Assembly (NCBI GenBank): GCA_913009875.1
Contig: CAJVYS010000003.1
Span: 13,528-77,527, forward strand
DNA from: an uncultured Gammaproteobacteria bacterium
Lineage (GTDB): Bacteria; Pseudomonadota; Gammaproteobacteria; SZUA-152
DNA: 64,000 bases
Reading direction: 5' to 3'
Part shown: positions 9,896 to 19,953 of the stretch, piece by piece
How positions within the stretch are numbered: position 1 is the first letter of the stretch
Layout: each line of letters opens with the position of its first letter
The notes under the pieces: generated by a model
The model's input: the letters and a program-made list of their open reading frames with translations, nothing else
Database searches by the model: none
What the model was told of the DNA's origin: nothing
Translations under genes and position numbers: made by a program

Positions 9896-10545
9896 AAAGG
9901 AAGCTCTCCATGGGCCTCATGGTGACGTTGTGCGTATTCAGCGTCACCCTGCTGAGCGCTGTCTCACAGGCAGACAGCCGCAAAGCGGTCAAGAAAGAGC
10001 TTTCGAAGCCCGTTATCCGCGGCGGCATCGTCTTCAAGAATTACTGCACGCTATGTCACGGCGAACGGGCCGACGGCATTGCGCGGGCAGCAAAGCTCTA
10101 TGGTGTTGCTAATCTGACCATCAAGCCCGCAGATAAAGATTACTACTTCAGGATAATTCGTAACGGCGGAACATCTGTTGGCAAGTCGGAATTCATGCCC
10201 CCTTGGGAGGATGAACTCTCGGAAGAACAGATCAGGGATGTCGTCGCCTATCTGAAAATTGCCACTGACGGCAAGCGCCGTGGCGAGGTGGTCTTCAAGA
10301 CAAACTGCATTCTCTGTCATGGCCTCAAGGCCGATGGCAAGGGCCGTGCCGCCAAGCTGTATAATCCGCCGCCGGCCAATCTCACCAAAAGTGACAAGAA
10401 TGACGATTACAAGCGCATGATCATCACCCTGGGTGGTGCCGCCATGGGCCGCTCCGAGTTCATGCCCATCTGGAGCGAGCAGCTCTCGGAGCAGGAAATC
10501 GAGGATGTCATCGCCTACCTGAGAACCGTTCTTGTGCACAATTGA
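9892..10545 (+). CDS. Diheme cytochrome c (two tandem class I domains)
   Basis: CTLCH...MPPW and CILCH...MPIW; ATGA overlap with the cupredoxin gene. Confidence 0.9.
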   Translation: MKRKLSMGLMVTLCVFSVTLLSAVSQADSRKAVKKELSKPVIRGGIVFKNYCTLCHGERADGIARAAKLYGVANLTIKPADKDYYFRIIRNGGTSVGKSEFMPPWEDELSEEQIRDVVAYLKIATDGKRRGEVVFKTNCILCHGLKADGKGRAAKLYNPPPANLTKSDKNDDYKRMIITLGGAAMGRSEFMPIWSEQLSEQEIEDVIAYLRTVLVHN

Positions 10546-10890
10546 TGCGGTTCGCCACCGCTCACCAGCATCCTACACAGACGGCCGGAACAAATAAAAA
10601 GAAACGTAGCCTGGATTGAGCCTGCGAAACCCGGGGGAGGCGGCACGATAAACTCCCGGGTTTCGCAAGCTCAACCCAGGCTACTTGCTTTGAACTTCCT
10701 GGATTCCGGCCTGCGCCGGAATGACGAGAGGTAAATTAACCAGACTTCCTGAAAAAACAGGTTAGGGGGTGTTAACAATCATCGTGCGCACGGCGCACAC
10801 TACGGGCAGGTGTAGTGTGCGCCGTGCGCACAATAGGGATAACCAGTTTCCCTGTGAACGCCATAACCCGACAGTGAGCTGAATAGTTAC
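10544..10890. repeat. Cluster of several REP/MITE-type palindromes
   Basis: GATGCGGTTCGCCACCGCTCACCAGCATCCTAC; GTAGCCTGG...CCAGGCTAC pair; GATTCCGGCCTGCGCCGGAATGAC; GTGCGCACGGCGCACACTAC / GTAGTGTGCGCCGTGCGCAC pair. Confidence 0.8.
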
Positions 10891-10897
10891 TTCGACC

Positions 10898-12160
10898 TCA
10901 GCCACTCAGGCGCTCGAAAATCCGGAAGCCCGCGACATAGGTACCAATCGCTGAACCCAGGGTACTGAACAGAAAGACCAGCAGGACGCGCGTGACGCGA
11001 TTGCGCCACCAACCCTTGAGGGTGGTGGTGTCCGAGCGCAGACGGCCAAAGTCACTCACCTTGGGCTTGCGGAAATAGACTTCAATGGCCGCCGTGACCA
11101 TCCCCGCACCCACGGCGGGGTTGAGCGAGGTCAGCGGCGCGGCGACGAAGGCGCCAAGCACCGTCACGGGATGCCCGCCGGCGATGAAAGCACCCAGCGC
11201 CGACAAACCACCGTTGATGAGCACCCAGTCGAGCACCAGCTGCCAACCCAGCTCGGGGCTACGCGAAAAGCCCACGGCAAAACCGGTCAATATCAGCAAT
11301 ACGATCAGCCAGGGAATACGCTTGCCCCAACGGCCACCCGCCGGTACATATTCCAGCTCGGCGATCTCCTCCGCCGCCGCTTTTTCCGCTGCGCGCTCAA
11401 AGTAACGCTGCATACCCGCCAGATGCCCGGCCCCCACCACCGCCAGCACATTCTCATGGGGATGTTTCTCAATTTCCTGACGCAAGCGCGCGACCATGTA
11501 GCGGTCGCGCTCGTCGATCAGCGGCTTGAACAGTGCCTTCTCTTCCTCGGCAAACTGGGCAAAGGTGGATTCGAGAACATCGCCTTCTTTGAGGCGCTCG
11601 ATCTCTTCTTCGCTCACTTTTTCCTTGGTCACCACACTGCCCAGCAAGCCCGCGATGAGATTGAATCGCTGCCACCAGGGTACATTGCGATAAATGCGTT
11701 TCAGCGTGGTGCCGACTTCGCGGTCGATAAGCAACACCGGCAGTTTGGCCTGCTTGGCGTCGTCGATGGCAACACGCATTTCCGCGCCGGGCTGAATCCC
11801 CATCTGCTCCGCGGCGCGCTGTTGAAAGGCGCCCAGCGCCAGACTGGCCGCCACCATTGAGGCCTTGCCCTCACGGATAACCTGAAATAGATCCATCTTG
11901 GCCAGCGCATCGGGGTCGACGATGGCATTATACCGGCTGGGACACAGCTCAACGGCCACCGCGTCATACTCCCCGGTGGCCAGCAGCTCACGCACCTTGT
12001 CGGCACTGCTCTGCGATACGTGGGCCGTACCCAACAGGGTAATGCGACTGTCGCCGATGGTCACGGTCACCATCGGCTCCTGTAATGGAGCGTTCACTGT
12101 CTGCGTAGTATCGTCGTCAGCAACGACGGAGGTGGCATTGTCTTCGTTATTTTTAGTCAC
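10898..12160 (-). CDS. TraB/PrgY/GumN-family protein with C-terminal membrane domain
   Basis: LLGTAHVS, AVELC, PGAEM, LIDERD, AVVGAGHL motifs. Confidence 0.9.
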   Translation of the reverse strand: MTKNNEDNATSVVADDDTTQTVNAPLQEPMVTVTIGDSRITLLGTAHVSQSSADKVRELLATGEYDAVAVELCPSRYNAIVDPDALAKMDLFQVIREGKASMVAASLALGAFQQRAAEQMGIQPGAEMRVAIDDAKQAKLPVLLIDREVGTTLKRIYRNVPWWQRFNLIAGLLGSVVTKEKVSEEEIERLKEGDVLESTFAQFAEEEKALFKPLIDERDRYMVARLRQEIEKHPHENVLAVVGAGHLAGMQRYFERAAEKAAAEEIAELEYVPAGGRWGKRIPWLIVLLILTGFAVGFSRSPELGWQLVLDWVLINGGLSALGAFIAGGHPVTVLGAFVAAPLTSLNPAVGAGMVTAAIEVYFRKPKVSDFGRLRSDTTTLKGWWRNRVTRVLLVFLFSTLGSAIGTYVAGFRIFERLSG

Positions 12161-12193
12161 GTTGTGTTATTACAAAGTTAATATTTTCGGTGG

Positions 12194-12274
12194 GTAGCCT
12201 GGATGGAGCGCAGCGGAATCCGGGAAGTGTGATGCACCTTTATCCCGGATTCCGCTGCGCTCCATCCAGGCTAC
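12194..12274. repeat. REPIN (GTAGCCTGGATGGAGCGCAGCGGAATCCGGG pair)
   Basis: Perfect inverted pair; related copies at 13028-13106 and ~23971-24045. Confidence 0.9.
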
Positions 12275-12300
12275 CTTGTTGTTACTTGCTGTCAATCGCA

Positions 12301-12867
12301 TCAGACCCGCGACATGAACTTGCCGGTGCCGGTGTTTATTTTCAGCACATCGCCGACGGCGATATATTCCGGCACCTGCACTTCGATACCGCTCGCCAGC
12401 GTGGCGGGTTTGGTGCGGCCGGTGGCCGTGGCACCCTTCATCGCCGGCGCCGTTTCCACCACCGCCAGATTCACCGACTGTGGCAGCTCGACACCGATCA
12501 CATTGCCATCCACCAGCAGCGCGGACAGACCTTCCAGTCCGTCCACCAGATAGCCCAGTTGCTCATCGAGATCGTCTGCGCTGAGGGTGTACTGGCTATA
12601 ATCCTCCACATCCATGAAGGTGACCATGTCGCCGTCCTGAAACAGGTACTGCACCGCGCGGCGGCTGAAGTCCATGTTCTTGACCATGTCCTCACCCTTG
12701 TAGGTCTGCTCCAGCTTCTGTTTGCTCTGCACGTTGTTGAAGCGCACTTTGTACAGGGTATTGGCACCACGCGACGAGGGGCTCTTCACATCGACGTTCT
12801 TCACCACATGGGGTTCGCCATTGATCTCGACGATCATCCCGCGCTTCAGGTCACCGGCCTTTGGCAT
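12301..12867 (-). CDS. efpL: Elongation factor P-like protein EfpL (YeiP)
   Basis: EF-P fold with SPSSRGANTLYK loop (Arg tip), ATATGRTKPA, VPEYI. Confidence 0.92.
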   Translation of the reverse strand: MPKAGDLKRGMIVEINGEPHVVKNVDVKSPSSRGANTLYKVRFNNVQSKQKLEQTYKGEDMVKNMDFSRRAVQYLFQDGDMVTFMDVEDYSQYTLSADDLDEQLGYLVDGLEGLSALLVDGNVIGVELPQSVNLAVVETAPAMKGATATGRTKPATLASGIEVQVPEYIAVGDVLKINTGTGKFMSRV

Positions 12868-12945
12868 TGCTATCTCCAGTTAGTCTATCCCGGTTAAATT
12901 TTTATCCCCACAAAAATCCTCAGGGGTGATATACAGCGGAACACT

Positions 12946-13106
12946 GTGGGAGCGGCTTCAGCCGCGAAGCTGTATTTCACATAATTTCGCGGCTGAAGCC
13001 GCTCCCACAATTTAATGCTGTAGCAAGTAACCTGGATGAAACGAAGTGGAATCCGGGATGGGACTGCACCACACTTCCCGGATTCCGCTGCGCTCCAACC
13101 AGGCTA
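12946..13106. repeat. Two adjacent REPINs of different families
   Basis: GTGGGAGCGGCTTCAGCCGCGA pair (12946-13009) and GTAACCTGGATG...CCAGGCTAC pair (13028-13106). Confidence 0.88.
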
Positions 13107-13120
13107 CCTTGTTACAAAAT

Positions 13121-14968
13121 TCAATGCTGCAGTTTTCCATACAGGCGACTGTACAATCCTTCGCCCTGAATCAATTCGTCGTGCGCGCCCTCTTCGATGA
13201 TCCGGCCGCCGTCGAAGACATAAACCCGGTCCGCCTGTTTTACCGCGCTCAGGCGATGGGCAATGATCAGCGTGGTGCGGCCTTCGAGAAATTCGTGCAG
13301 GGCCCGGTGCAGACGCGCCTCGGTCTGCGTATCCAGGGCGGATGTCGCCTCGTCCAGTATCACCAATTTCGGCTCGCCCAACACCATGCGCGCGATGGCC
13401 AGCCGCTGCCGCTGGCCGCCGGAGAGTCGTACGCCCTGCCGGCCGACAAGGGTCTCCAGCCCGTTGGGCATGGCCTCCACCACCTCGCGCAGCTGCGCCA
13501 CGCCCAGCGCATGCCATAACTGTTCGTCCGTGACATCCTGGCCCAGGGTCAGATTCATGCGCACGCTATCATTGAACATGGCCGGGTTCTGCAACACCGT
13601 GGCGACGTTGGCGCGCACCACATCAAGGCCGATCTCGGTGACCGGAACCTCGTGATTATCGCTACCGATAAAATAAAGTTCACCGGATTGCGGAGCATAC
13701 ATGCCGAGGATCACCTGCACCAGTGTGGACTTGCCACCGCCACTGGCGCCCACCAGGGCCACCTTCTCACCGGCCGCGACGTGCAGATTGACGTGATCGA
13801 GAACCGGCGACCTGTCGCCATTGCGGCCATAGTGGAAGCTCACGTCCTTCACCCGCAGGCCGACCGTGCGGTTGCCGGCGAAGGGATCGGCGTTGTGCGG
13901 ATAGTCCGGCTCCTGCTTCAGTTTCAGCAGGCCGTTGACGCGCTCCAGCGCCGCCTTGGCCGCATAGTACTTGTACTGAAGATTGAGCAACTCCTGCACC
14001 GGCGCCATCATGAACCACAGATAGCCGAACACCGCCATCATCTCGCCAATGCTGAGATCGGAAAACACCACCATCAACATGGTAATGGCGCGAAACACAT
14101 CAAAACCGAGCAGAAACACGCCCATGGACAGCCGAGTAGCCACATCACTCTTCCACGCATAGGCCGCCGAATGGGTGCGGATGGTGTGAGCCTTGCCGAT
14201 CACGTCGCGGATATAGTGGCCCTCGCGGTTACTGGCGCGGATCTGGTGGATATTATCCAGGGTCTCGGTGAGGGCCTGCTGAAACAGCTCGAAGGCCGAA
14301 TTCTCATGACGCTTCAGGGTCTTTACCCGCTTGCCCAGCAACACGGTGAAATAGATCACCAGCGGATTCATGAACAGGATGAACAGCGCCAGCTGCCAGT
14401 GCATCCACAGCAGCACGGCGGTAATACCCACCAGCGTCAGGGCGGAAATCAGCGCCTTCGCCACCGAATCGCCGATGAAATCGTCCAGGGCATTCAGGTC
14501 GGTGACAAAGTGCGACGCCACCCCGCCACTGCCCAGGGTCTCGTACTCCGCCATCGACACCCGCTGCATACGCCGCAACAGGGTACGCCGGATGCGGTAG
14601 GTCACCTCCTTGGCGACCAGGGTGAACTGACGCACCTGCCACACGCTCAGCACCAGAAACAACAGTCGCAGGACAATCGTTACCAGCAGGATCACCAGGA
14701 TATACAGCACCGGCCCGTGCCACGCCGTGGGGAACATCGCGTTCATGGCCGCCACCAGTGCACCCGGCTTCTGCAGCAACACCTCGTCGACCATGAGGGG
14801 AAACAGCAGCGGCAACGGCACACTGGCCAGCACGGCAAGGATCGCGACAATATTGGCGATCACCAGTGTGCGGCGATGTTCCAGCGCAATGTCAACGATG
14901 TATCGCCAGCTGTAGCCGTTGGCGGGAATGGCTTCCTGATCGCGGGACGCGGGAGAGGTTTTACTCAT
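13121..14968 (-). CDS. ABC exporter, fused permease/ATP-binding protein
   Basis: Six-TM domain, [31 protein letters not shown]. Confidence 0.92.
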   Translation of the reverse strand: MSKTSPASRDQEAIPANGYSWRYIVDIALEHRRTLVIANIVAILAVLASVPLPLLFPLMVDEVLLQKPGALVAAMNAMFPTAWHGPVLYILVILLVTIVLRLLFLVLSVWQVRQFTLVAKEVTYRIRRTLLRRMQRVSMAEYETLGSGGVASHFVTDLNALDDFIGDSVAKALISALTLVGITAVLLWMHWQLALFILFMNPLVIYFTVLLGKRVKTLKRHENSAFELFQQALTETLDNIHQIRASNREGHYIRDVIGKAHTIRTHSAAYAWKSDVATRLSMGVFLLGFDVFRAITMLMVVFSDLSIGEMMAVFGYLWFMMAPVQELLNLQYKYYAAKAALERVNGLLKLKQEPDYPHNADPFAGNRTVGLRVKDVSFHYGRNGDRSPVLDHVNLHVAAGEKVALVGASGGGKSTLVQVILGMYAPQSGELYFIGSDNHEVPVTEIGLDVVRANVATVLQNPAMFNDSVRMNLTLGQDVTDEQLWHALGVAQLREVVEAMPNGLETLVGRQGVRLSGGQRQRLAIARMVLGEPKLVILDEATSALDTQTEARLHRALHEFLEGRTTLIIAHRLSAVKQADRVYVFDGGRIIEEGAHDELIQGEGLYSRLYGKLQH

Positions 14969-15074
14969 TATGACGGGTCACACCTTCCTGATTGGTAGGT
15001 AAAGCAGGGCAGGCCATCAAACAGGCGGAGCGGCCCCTCAGGCCGCGATAGCCCGCGCTTGCAGGCAGTCGTCA

Positions 15075-16994
15075 TCATTGCCCACGCATGAACAGGCCAT
15101 CCAGCGCATCCATCTCCATCTGTACCCAGGTCGGCCGCCCATGGTTGCACTGGCCGCTGCGTTCGGTACGCTCCATATCGCGCAGCAGCGCATTCATTTC
15201 CGGGATCGTCAACTTGCGGTTAGCGCGCACGGAACCGTGACAGGCCATGGTACCCAGCAGTTCGTTGATGGCCTCGCGCACGCGCTGTGTAGTACCGTAG
15301 GTGGCCAGGTCCGACAGCACGTCACGCACCAGCGTTTCCACGTCCGCGTCACGCAGCAGGCTGGGCACCTGCCGCACCACCAGCGTCTCGGGCCCCATGG
15401 CCTCGACAACGAAACCCAACTCACTGAAGACCTCGACAAACTCCGTGGCCAGGCGCGCCTCGCTCTCACTGACGGCGATGCTGATCGGCACCAGCAACGG
15501 TTGCGAACGCACGCCTTCACCGTCCAGTGCAGCCTTCATGCGCTCGTAGGTGATGCGTTCATGGGCGGCATGCATGTCCACCACGATCAGTCCCTGGGCA
15601 TTTTCGGCGAGGATGTAAATACCATGCAGTTGGGCGATGGCGTAGCCCAGTGGTGGTGCCTCGGTGGATTCCGTGTCCTGCGTGACGTTCCCGGCCGGTA
15701 GTGTCTGCGCCCCCTGATACAGCGCCTGCAGGCCCGGCTGCTGTTCGCGCACGGCGAAGGCCATGTTGGATTGCCGGTGATAGTGGTTGCCCGGTGAACT
15801 GCCGGAATAACTGCCAGTAGCGCCCCCGACAGGAGGCGAATGCCGTTGCATGGACTGCTCGGTGACGGTCTGCCCGGCTGGCGCTGCGATGATTTCGCCA
15901 CTCTCCTCATCCACAGTTGCGCCCGGACGCACATCGGCCAGGGCCTGATGCAGACTGCGGAACAGAAAATCGTGCACCGTGCGCCCCTCGCGGAAACGTA
16001 CCTCGTGCTTGGTGGGGTGCACGTTGACATCCACCGCCGTCGGATCCAACGCCAAATAGAGCACGTAGGCCGGGTGCCGACCGTGATAGAGCACGTCCTG
16101 ATAGGCCTGGCGAATGGCATGCGCCACCAGCTTGTCACGGATCATGCGACCGTTGACGTAGAAATACTGCAGATCCGCCTGCGAACGGGAAAAGGTGGGC
16201 TGCGCCACCCAGCCCCACAGGCGCATGTCAGCGACCTGATAATCCACCCACAGGGCCTGGTCGACAAAGGCCGAACCGCACACCTGTGCCACCCGTTGGC
16301 GCTGCTCCGGCTCGCTCTGCGCCGGGCGCAACTTCAGCACCGTGCGCTGATTGTGGCGCAGGGCGAAGGCGACATCGAAACGGCTCAGGGCAATGCGTTT
16401 GACCACCGTCTCGAGATGGGAGAACTCGGTCTTGTCGGTGCGCAGAAACTTGCGCCGCGCGGGAGTATTAAAGAACAGGTCGCGCACCTCGATGGTGGTG
16501 CCCTCGGGATGCGCCACCGGCTGTGGCTCGCTGATGGCGTCGCCGCCGTCACCCGTGACGCGCCAGCCACTGTCATCGCCACGCGCGCAGGAACGCAGCT
16601 CCAGCCGCGACACGGAACTGATACTGGGCAGGGCCTCGCCACGAAAGCCCAGGCTGACCACGCACTCCAGATCATCAAAGGAGTGGATCTTGCTGGTCGC
16701 ATGACGGCTGAGGGCGAGGGGAAAATCCTCCTTGAGAATGCCGCAGCCGTCGTCGCGCAGGCGGATCAACTTACGGCCGCCCTGCTCCACGTCGATGTCG
16801 ATGCTGCGGGCACCGGCGTCGAGGCTGTTCTCCAGCAGCTCCTTGACCACCGCCGAGGGGCGTTCCACCACCTCACCGGCGGCGATCTGGTTGGCCAGGC
16901 GGGTCGACAGCTTCTGGATGCGGGGAACTGCCGGAGCATCGGCAGGCGTTGCGGCGGAATTGGCAACAGCGGTATCGGCGGTGGAATCGCTCAT
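15075..16994 (-). CDS. mutL: DNA mismatch repair protein MutL
   Basis: [50 protein letters not shown] (endonuclease-type C-terminus). Confidence 0.98.
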   Translation of the reverse strand: MSDSTADTAVANSAATPADAPAVPRIQKLSTRLANQIAAGEVVERPSAVVKELLENSLDAGARSIDIDVEQGGRKLIRLRDDGCGILKEDFPLALSRHATSKIHSFDDLECVVSLGFRGEALPSISSVSRLELRSCARGDDSGWRVTGDGGDAISEPQPVAHPEGTTIEVRDLFFNTPARRKFLRTDKTEFSHLETVVKRIALSRFDVAFALRHNQRTVLKLRPAQSEPEQRQRVAQVCGSAFVDQALWVDYQVADMRLWGWVAQPTFSRSQADLQYFYVNGRMIRDKLVAHAIRQAYQDVLYHGRHPAYVLYLALDPTAVDVNVHPTKHEVRFREGRTVHDFLFRSLHQALADVRPGATVDEESGEIIAAPAGQTVTEQSMQRHSPPVGGATGSYSGSSPGNHYHRQSNMAFAVREQQPGLQALYQGAQTLPAGNVTQDTESTEAPPLGYAIAQLHGIYILAENAQGLIVVDMHAAHERITYERMKAALDGEGVRSQPLLVPISIAVSESEARLATEFVEVFSELGFVVEAMGPETLVVRQVPSLLRDADVETLVRDVLSDLATYGTTQRVREAINELLGTMACHGSVRANRKLTIPEMNALLRDMERTERSGQCNHGRPTWVQMEMDALDGLFMRGQ

Positions 16995-17183
16995 GGATGG
17001 CCGGGACTCGTGCGGGCCTGCAAGGCAGGCGTCTGAAAAGGGCCATTATACGTGCCAGTCACTGCTGGCCCACAATTTTCCTTCCCCCGTGAGAAAACAC
17101 GAATATCGCAGAAACGGGCTGTGTCAGCGAAAAGGCCTGAAACAAAGCCGCAAATGACGCCAATGAACGCGAATACACCCTTC

Positions 17184-17474
17184 TTATAATCTGTTTCTCT
17201 CTTCTTCTCTCTGGTGCCAGATTCTCAAAATATTGATTGTTTTATCGAGAACCAAATACCGAGCGACGTAACTTCCTAAGACCAAATCCCTCATCAATTC
17301 TGGATTCGGTGCTTTACTGACTTGTATTCCTATCTGCGGAAATCGTTTCAGTTTTTTAACGCCATCCAGGAGTGAATTGGCAATTCTCCCGGCCGCCTCT
17401 GGATTATTGGTTTCGATAAACTCTCTCAACCGGGCCAAGTCTTCAATGGCCTCTGGCGTGTAAACAATTTTCAT
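17184..17474 (-). CDS. Type II TA toxin, RelE/ParE family
   Basis: MKIVYTPEAIEDLARLREFI...FPQIG...ILRIWHQRE; ATGA overlap with the antitoxin. Confidence 0.9.
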   Translation of the reverse strand: MKIVYTPEAIEDLARLREFIETNNPEAAGRIANSLLDGVKKLKRFPQIGIQVSKAPNPELMRDLVLGSYVARYLVLDKTINILRIWHQREEERNRL

Positions 17475-17737
17475 ATTTTCGGGGGTGATTGTTCATTTTC
17501 TGTTCCCCAACTCTTAAGCCAATCCACAACTTCAGCTTCTTCAACAACAACGCCATTTTTCACCGAATCCAAAGCCACGAGAGTCTCAGTCCAGCGTTCT
17601 TCTTCAATGGCACGCCTATCCAAAAACTCTTTAATCGCCTGATTAATCAGATAATTTTTGCTTCTGTCCAGTTTTTTTGACAGAATTTCCAGCGGTTTTT
17701 CAACGTCTGGCCGTAAACGTATGCTGGTGACACCCAT
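17471..17737 (-). CDS. Type II TA antitoxin, CopG/RHH family
   Basis: TSIRL...LDRSKNYLINQAIKEF ribbon-helix-helix; AGGAG RBS. Confidence 0.9.
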   Translation of the reverse strand: MGVTSIRLRPDVEKPLEILSKKLDRSKNYLINQAIKEFLDRRAIEEERWTETLVALDSVKNGVVVEEAEVVDWLKSWGTENEQSPPKI

Positions 17738-17754
17738 GATATTTCTCCTTCTAG

Positions 17755-17777
17755 ACTACAGCTAACTACATTGTAGT
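17755..17777. promoter_or_regulatory. Probable TA operator
   Basis: ACTACA-T-TGTAGT palindrome plus an extra ACTACA just upstream of the antitoxin. Confidence 0.5.
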
Positions 17778-17997
17778 ACAAAATGAAAATGAAGGAAGTT
17801 CCAGCCAAAGTCCACAACGGTTAGCTTGTGACACCGCTCTGCGGTGTTACTCATCCCGTGGCGCTCAGCGCCACACCATCGTTGGTAGAGTAGGGGTATT
17901 CGCATCCATTAGCGTCATTTGCGGCTTGGTTTTCAGGACTTTTCGCGGGCATGACCCGCACCTACAGGGCGATTGATGCGCCACGACGGACGCGCAA

Positions 17998-19308
17998 TCA
18001 CATCACAGGAATACGCAGGGTCTGTCCGACCTTGAGACGGTCGCCGGAGAGGTTATTGGCCGTGCGCAGATATTTCTGGCTAATGCGGTACTTCTGCGCG
18101 ATGCCACTGAGGGTGTCACCACGTCGAATCACGTATTTCCGCCCACTCTTCGCCTTCGGTCCACTCGGTTTCAGCGCCAGCAGGGTGCCAGGCGGTGCAT
18201 TGCGGGTGAAATAGCTGCGCACGCCACGCAGCATGGCGCTGGCCAGCTTGCGCTGGTAGTTGGGGTCACGCAGATTACGCTCTTCGCGGGAATTGGAAAT
18301 AAATCCGGTCTCCACCAGGATCGATGGGATATCCGGCGACTTCAGCACCACGAAACCGGCCTGTTCCACGTGCGGCTTATGCACCTTGGTAATGCGCTTC
18401 AACTCGCCCAGCATCAGCCCACCAACGTCAAGGCTGGCAGCAATGGTGGCATTCTGCGAAAGATCCAGCAGCACCGAGGCGAGCAGGTCATCCTTGTCAT
18501 CCAGACTCACGCCGCCGATGAGATCGGCGCTGTTCTCGCTTTCCGCCAGCCAGCGACCTGCCTCACTGCTGGCGCCCTTCTGCGACAGCACCCACACCGA
18601 GGCGCCGCGCGCACGGCCATCACGGAAGGCATCGGCATGGATAGAGATGAACAGGTCGGCCTTCATGTCGCGCGCCTTCTGCATGCGCTTGCGCAGACTG
18701 ACGTAATAGTCGCCGGTGCGGATCATCACCGGGCGCATGCCGCGCTCCTGGCGGATCAGCCGTTCCAGCCGGCGCGCGATGGCCAGCACCACATCTTTTT
18801 CCCGCGTGCCGTGGCGGCCGGAGGCCCCCGGATCGTCACCGCCGTGACCGGCGTCGATGGCGATAATCACATCGCGTACCTTGCCGGTCGTCGCCTGCAC
18901 GCTGCGCTGCGTCACCGTCGGTTTGCTGCTCGGTTCCTGCAGGTCGATCACCAGACGGTGGCCGTATTTCTGCGTCGGCTTGAGCAGGAAGCTTTTCGGC
19001 TGCACCTTGCCACGCATGTCCAGCACCACACGCAGATTGCCATTGTGCGTGGCGCTGCGCACGCGGTGCACGAAGCTTTTACTGAGATCCAGCCGCCCCA
19101 GGTCATGCAGCAGGCGGGCATTCTTGATGTCCACCACCACCCGCTCGGGGGAATGAAGCACAAAGAGCTTGTGGCTGACAGGGCCGTTAAGGTCGAAAAC
19201 CAGGCGGTTCTGATCCGGGCCGGACCACAGGCGAACGCCCTCAATCGTTGCCGCCGAGACCGGCAGAGACAACGTCAGCGCCAGCAAAATCAGTAATGAT
19301 CGCTGCAT
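17998..19308 (-). CDS. amiB: N-acetylmuramoyl-L-alanine amidase (AMIN, Amidase_3, LysM)
   Basis: IDAGHGGDDPGA, SIHADA, SILVETGFISN, C-terminal LysM; tsaE-amiB-mutL synteny. Confidence 0.92.
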   Translation of the reverse strand: MQRSLLILLALTLSLPVSAATIEGVRLWSGPDQNRLVFDLNGPVSHKLFVLHSPERVVVDIKNARLLHDLGRLDLSKSFVHRVRSATHNGNLRVVLDMRGKVQPKSFLLKPTQKYGHRLVIDLQEPSSKPTVTQRSVQATTGKVRDVIIAIDAGHGGDDPGASGRHGTREKDVVLAIARRLERLIRQERGMRPVMIRTGDYYVSLRKRMQKARDMKADLFISIHADAFRDGRARGASVWVLSQKGASSEAGRWLAESENSADLIGGVSLDDKDDLLASVLLDLSQNATIAASLDVGGLMLGELKRITKVHKPHVEQAGFVVLKSPDIPSILVETGFISNSREERNLRDPNYQRKLASAMLRGVRSYFTRNAPPGTLLALKPSGPKAKSGRKYVIRRGDTLSGIAQKYRISQKYLRTANNLSGDRLKVGQTLRIPVM

Positions 19309-19488
19309 CGACAGGCGCGCAAATTTTGCACAGAAAGACCCCATATCCTTAATTGTGCAACAAAAACACAATAACGCAAGTTATTTATTCACATTTTTTG
19401 TTTAAGAACACGGAGATAGAAAGGAAAGTTACAGTGACATGAAGGTTTGAACAGTAGTCAGGGGCCGCCAGGGTGGAAAACGCCGGGA

Positions 19489-19953
19489 TCAACTGCGGAA
19501 ATGCGCCAGCCAGGCATTGCGGCCACCGGCACCGGGGTGCAGGCTCACCCGGCGGGCGTGACCGTGATAAGCGATATCCACCACCACATCGGCCGCCGGC
19601 AGCACTCCCTCGCCGCGCTGGGGCCACTCCACCAGCACCACCGCCTGCGGGTCGAAGTAGTCACGAATACCCATATATTCCAGCTCCTCGGGATCGGCAA
19701 GGCGATAGAGGTCGAAGTGATAGGCGTGGCCGCCGGCAAATTCATAGGGCTCGACCAGGGTGTAAGTCGGGCTCTTGACCCGGCCGCCGACACCCAGGCC
19801 CTGCAGGATGCCGCGCGACAGGGTGGTCTTGCCAGCCCCGAGTTCACCGTGCAGATGGAGCACGCCACCGCCGCGCAGGTGCTCGGCGATGCGCGCACCG
19901 AGAGCCAGCATGGCGGCCTCATCCGCGATATCCAGGGTGACTTCGCCACTCAT
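19489..19953 (-). CDS. tsaE: t6A biosynthesis ATPase TsaE
   Basis: [32 protein letters not shown]. Confidence 0.97.
   Translation of the reverse strand: MSGEVTLDIADEAAMLALGARIAEHLRGGGVLHLHGELGAGKTTLSRGILQGLGVGGRVKSPTYTLVEPYEFAGGHAYHFDLYRLADPEELEYMGIRDYFDPQAVVLVEWPQRGEGVLPAADVVVDIAYHGHARRVSLHPGAGGRNAWLAHFRS

Larger units (their letters stand above)
17136..17937. repeat. ~41-bp imperfect inverted repeats (17136-17176 and 17896-17937) bracketing the TA module
   Basis: CCTGAAACAAAGCCGCAAATGACGCCAATGAACGCGAATAC versus the reverse complement of the right copy, CCTGAAAACCAAGCCGCAAATGACGCTAATGGATGCGAATAC. Confidence 0.8.
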
